A stretch of DNA of 41,312 nt from Paramecium tetraurelia (lineage: Eukaryota), in contig CT868005.1 of NCBI GenBank assembly GCA_000165425.1, forward strand, positions 248,001-289,312, given 5' to 3'. Each line of letters begins with the position of its first letter. Within the stretch, counting starts at the first letter, position 1. The notes under the pieces were generated by a model. That model did no database searches. It was not told the origin of the DNA and worked only from the letters and a program-made list of their open reading frames with translations. Positions 39,111-41,312 of this stretch are shown piece by piece. The translations under genes were made by a program, and so were the position numbers.

Positions 39111-41312
39111 ANNACTGGCCTTCTTCTTGCAGATGTTTTTTTTTAGCACACTAAATTATTCGGAATTTCTTTTTTTTTTTCAGCTTATATTAATTGGTTA
39201 AAAAAGTATTCTATCCACTAACTATGAACAGAAGAATTAATTTTCTTTACTTTTTAATAAGCAGCTTTGTTGGCTTTACTGAGTTTATCTTTATGATTCA
39301 GTAATCTCCTTTCAACTGGGAGAAAACATTTTTTGCTAGTTTTGAATAAAATTTTGTGTTTGTAATATAACTTTTAGTTTTTAGTAAATTTCTAATTGTG
39401 GTAAATTAGACAAAATATTAGTTCATAATTAAGAAATTATTTGACAACAGAAAATAGATGAGATTAAATTTGGAGAGATTTAATAATTAAGAAAAAAAAA
39501 TTTATCGACAACCTTGTTATGGTCCAGTCGGCTTTGATGGATATGCTAAACCTGAAGACTTACACAAAGGTTAAAAATGGTTTGGTATTATCTTACTTTT
39601 TTCTTTTCTTAATTTTTTAAAAGGATTTATTGAAACATAGTGAAGACTTTTTGAAATGTGATAAATTTGTTTTTAACTACCTGCTTTATGTGAAGTCTAA
39701 AAATTCAATTGCGAATTCAGAAAATCTTCTATTCACAAATACAATTTTTTTTCTTAGCTAACTAGGAAAATTTGGTAAATGGTTTTGGATTAAGAATTAT
39801 ATAGTTCCAAATTTATTGTGACTTTCTATTTTTCCCTTTCTTCATTACAATTGATAATCTATTTATCATCTCCACCTTGCACAAAATGTTTGTATTCTTA
39901 GTTACTGTTGATTTAAACACTTTCTTATCCACAATTATAAAATTATTTTTTGGATTAAGAATGGATGAACATCTCCAAAATTCTAATAATTACTGTCGTT
40001 GCCAAGCTCTAGCGCCTAATCTAGTACTACAATTGATATTCCTGATGCCAAAGTTATGATCAAAAGACATTCTTAACTAACTATTATTAGCTGTGTAAAA
40101 TTCTTATTCTAACAAATTTGATATTTTTTCACTCCGTTATATATTATTTGTTTTACAAGAAAAAAAACTAGTGGATTGATACTAAAGCATTACATACCAA
40201 AATTCTCAAATACGTGATAAATATGATTAACAATTGCTCTAAAGATTAGACATAAGAAAATTATCTGCATGAAAAAGATGATTTATAGGAGTCAGGAATG
40301 CAAAAGAGACAAATAGTGCTATCAAAATTTGTTTAGGAAAATTTGAACATCGATTCCAAGTGTAAGTTGATGCTTAATTTCAATATATAATCCAGTACCA
40401 TAAAATCACTTAGAAAATGAATCAAATTTACGCACAGTCCCTTTATTAAATTGTGATATACAATTTTAATTGTCGAGGGAATTAGATGACACAAAATCCC
40501 CACGTTGTTTTTGCTCAGCATTAGAAACTGAACTGCATCTATGTGCAAACACATTCAAAGTGATAATACAGATACTTGAATTAATAATTAAGTTGAAGTT
40601 GTGCAACAAAGCTAGTTTTAACTGATCATTGGTTAAAGGAGGTGTTCTTTTGTGTTAAAGTAAGACAATCATAATATAAGAAGTAGTAATCTGTATGAAA
40701 TGTAGTAAAAAACAGTAGTGCATATATTATAATTTTAATTATAAGAAAGTTATGCATTACTTACATAGGGTAGAAAAAAAGATTAATAAGCTATATGACT
40801 TAAGAAAAGAATTGAAAATTGTTACACATCACTTAATGTTCATAAGATTCCTTAATTATAACCAACAGCAATTAATTGTAGACGCTTTTGTATTTCCAGT
40901 ACATTTCTTAAGTAAAAAAGTTATACATACAAATAGTCAGTAGTTTTAGGTCAGTATTACGGTTTTCGACTAAAATTTGAAGGGCATCCACTATTCTTAG
41001 AATAATATATTAACATGCAATGGACAGGTTAAATTCTACAATACAAACTAGAAGTTGCTGTATACTCAGAACGACACACCTAGAATAATGAAGTATATTA
41101 ATTGAAAAAGCCTCAACTATATATGAATTTAGGCATCATGATGAGAACAGTTTATCTTACTCCCTTATCAAGATATTTTTGAGTAGCATATGCGTAAGAT
41201 GTATTTTTAATTGATTGAACGTTGCACTTTGAAGAACATCAGAATCATAACAAGTCTTGCCATTGTTATACACAACTTCTATGCTGGCGTTCCTTCCGCG
41301 CCGTACTTGCAG

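Noticed and set aside
40200..41312. Possible transposon or surface-antigen remnant at the window end
   Set aside because: No DDE or reverse-transcriptase motif, terminal repeats or regular Cys periodicity could be read.

Overview
AT-rich eukaryotic DNA, almost certainly Paramecium macronuclear genome. Reading frames are continuous only if TAA/TAG = Gln and TGA = stop, and they are split by very short (about 22-30 nt) GT-AG introns, so the supplied standard-code ORF track shows only fragments. By manual translation, bases 1-29,500 are densely packed with about 20 genes. These include a divergent PABP, an LRR-ankyrin protein, a protein with two p25-alpha-like domains, a dual-specificity phosphatase, a CDPK with a frameshift in its Gly-rich loop, a malectin-like ER protein, mitochondrial uS17, PCNA, a Rab-like protein with no P-loop and several hypotheticals. 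The right-hand 12 kb is a decay/accessory zone. It holds pseudogenes of IFT46 and ciliate COX6B flanking an intact, intronless 3-His cupin (cysteine dioxygenase-like) gene, then a pentapeptide + 21x WD40 gene with an internal block duplication and a damaged 5' end. No RNA genes, telomeric repeats, CRISPR arrays or recognisable transposases were seen. Family calls come from motif recognition, not database searches.
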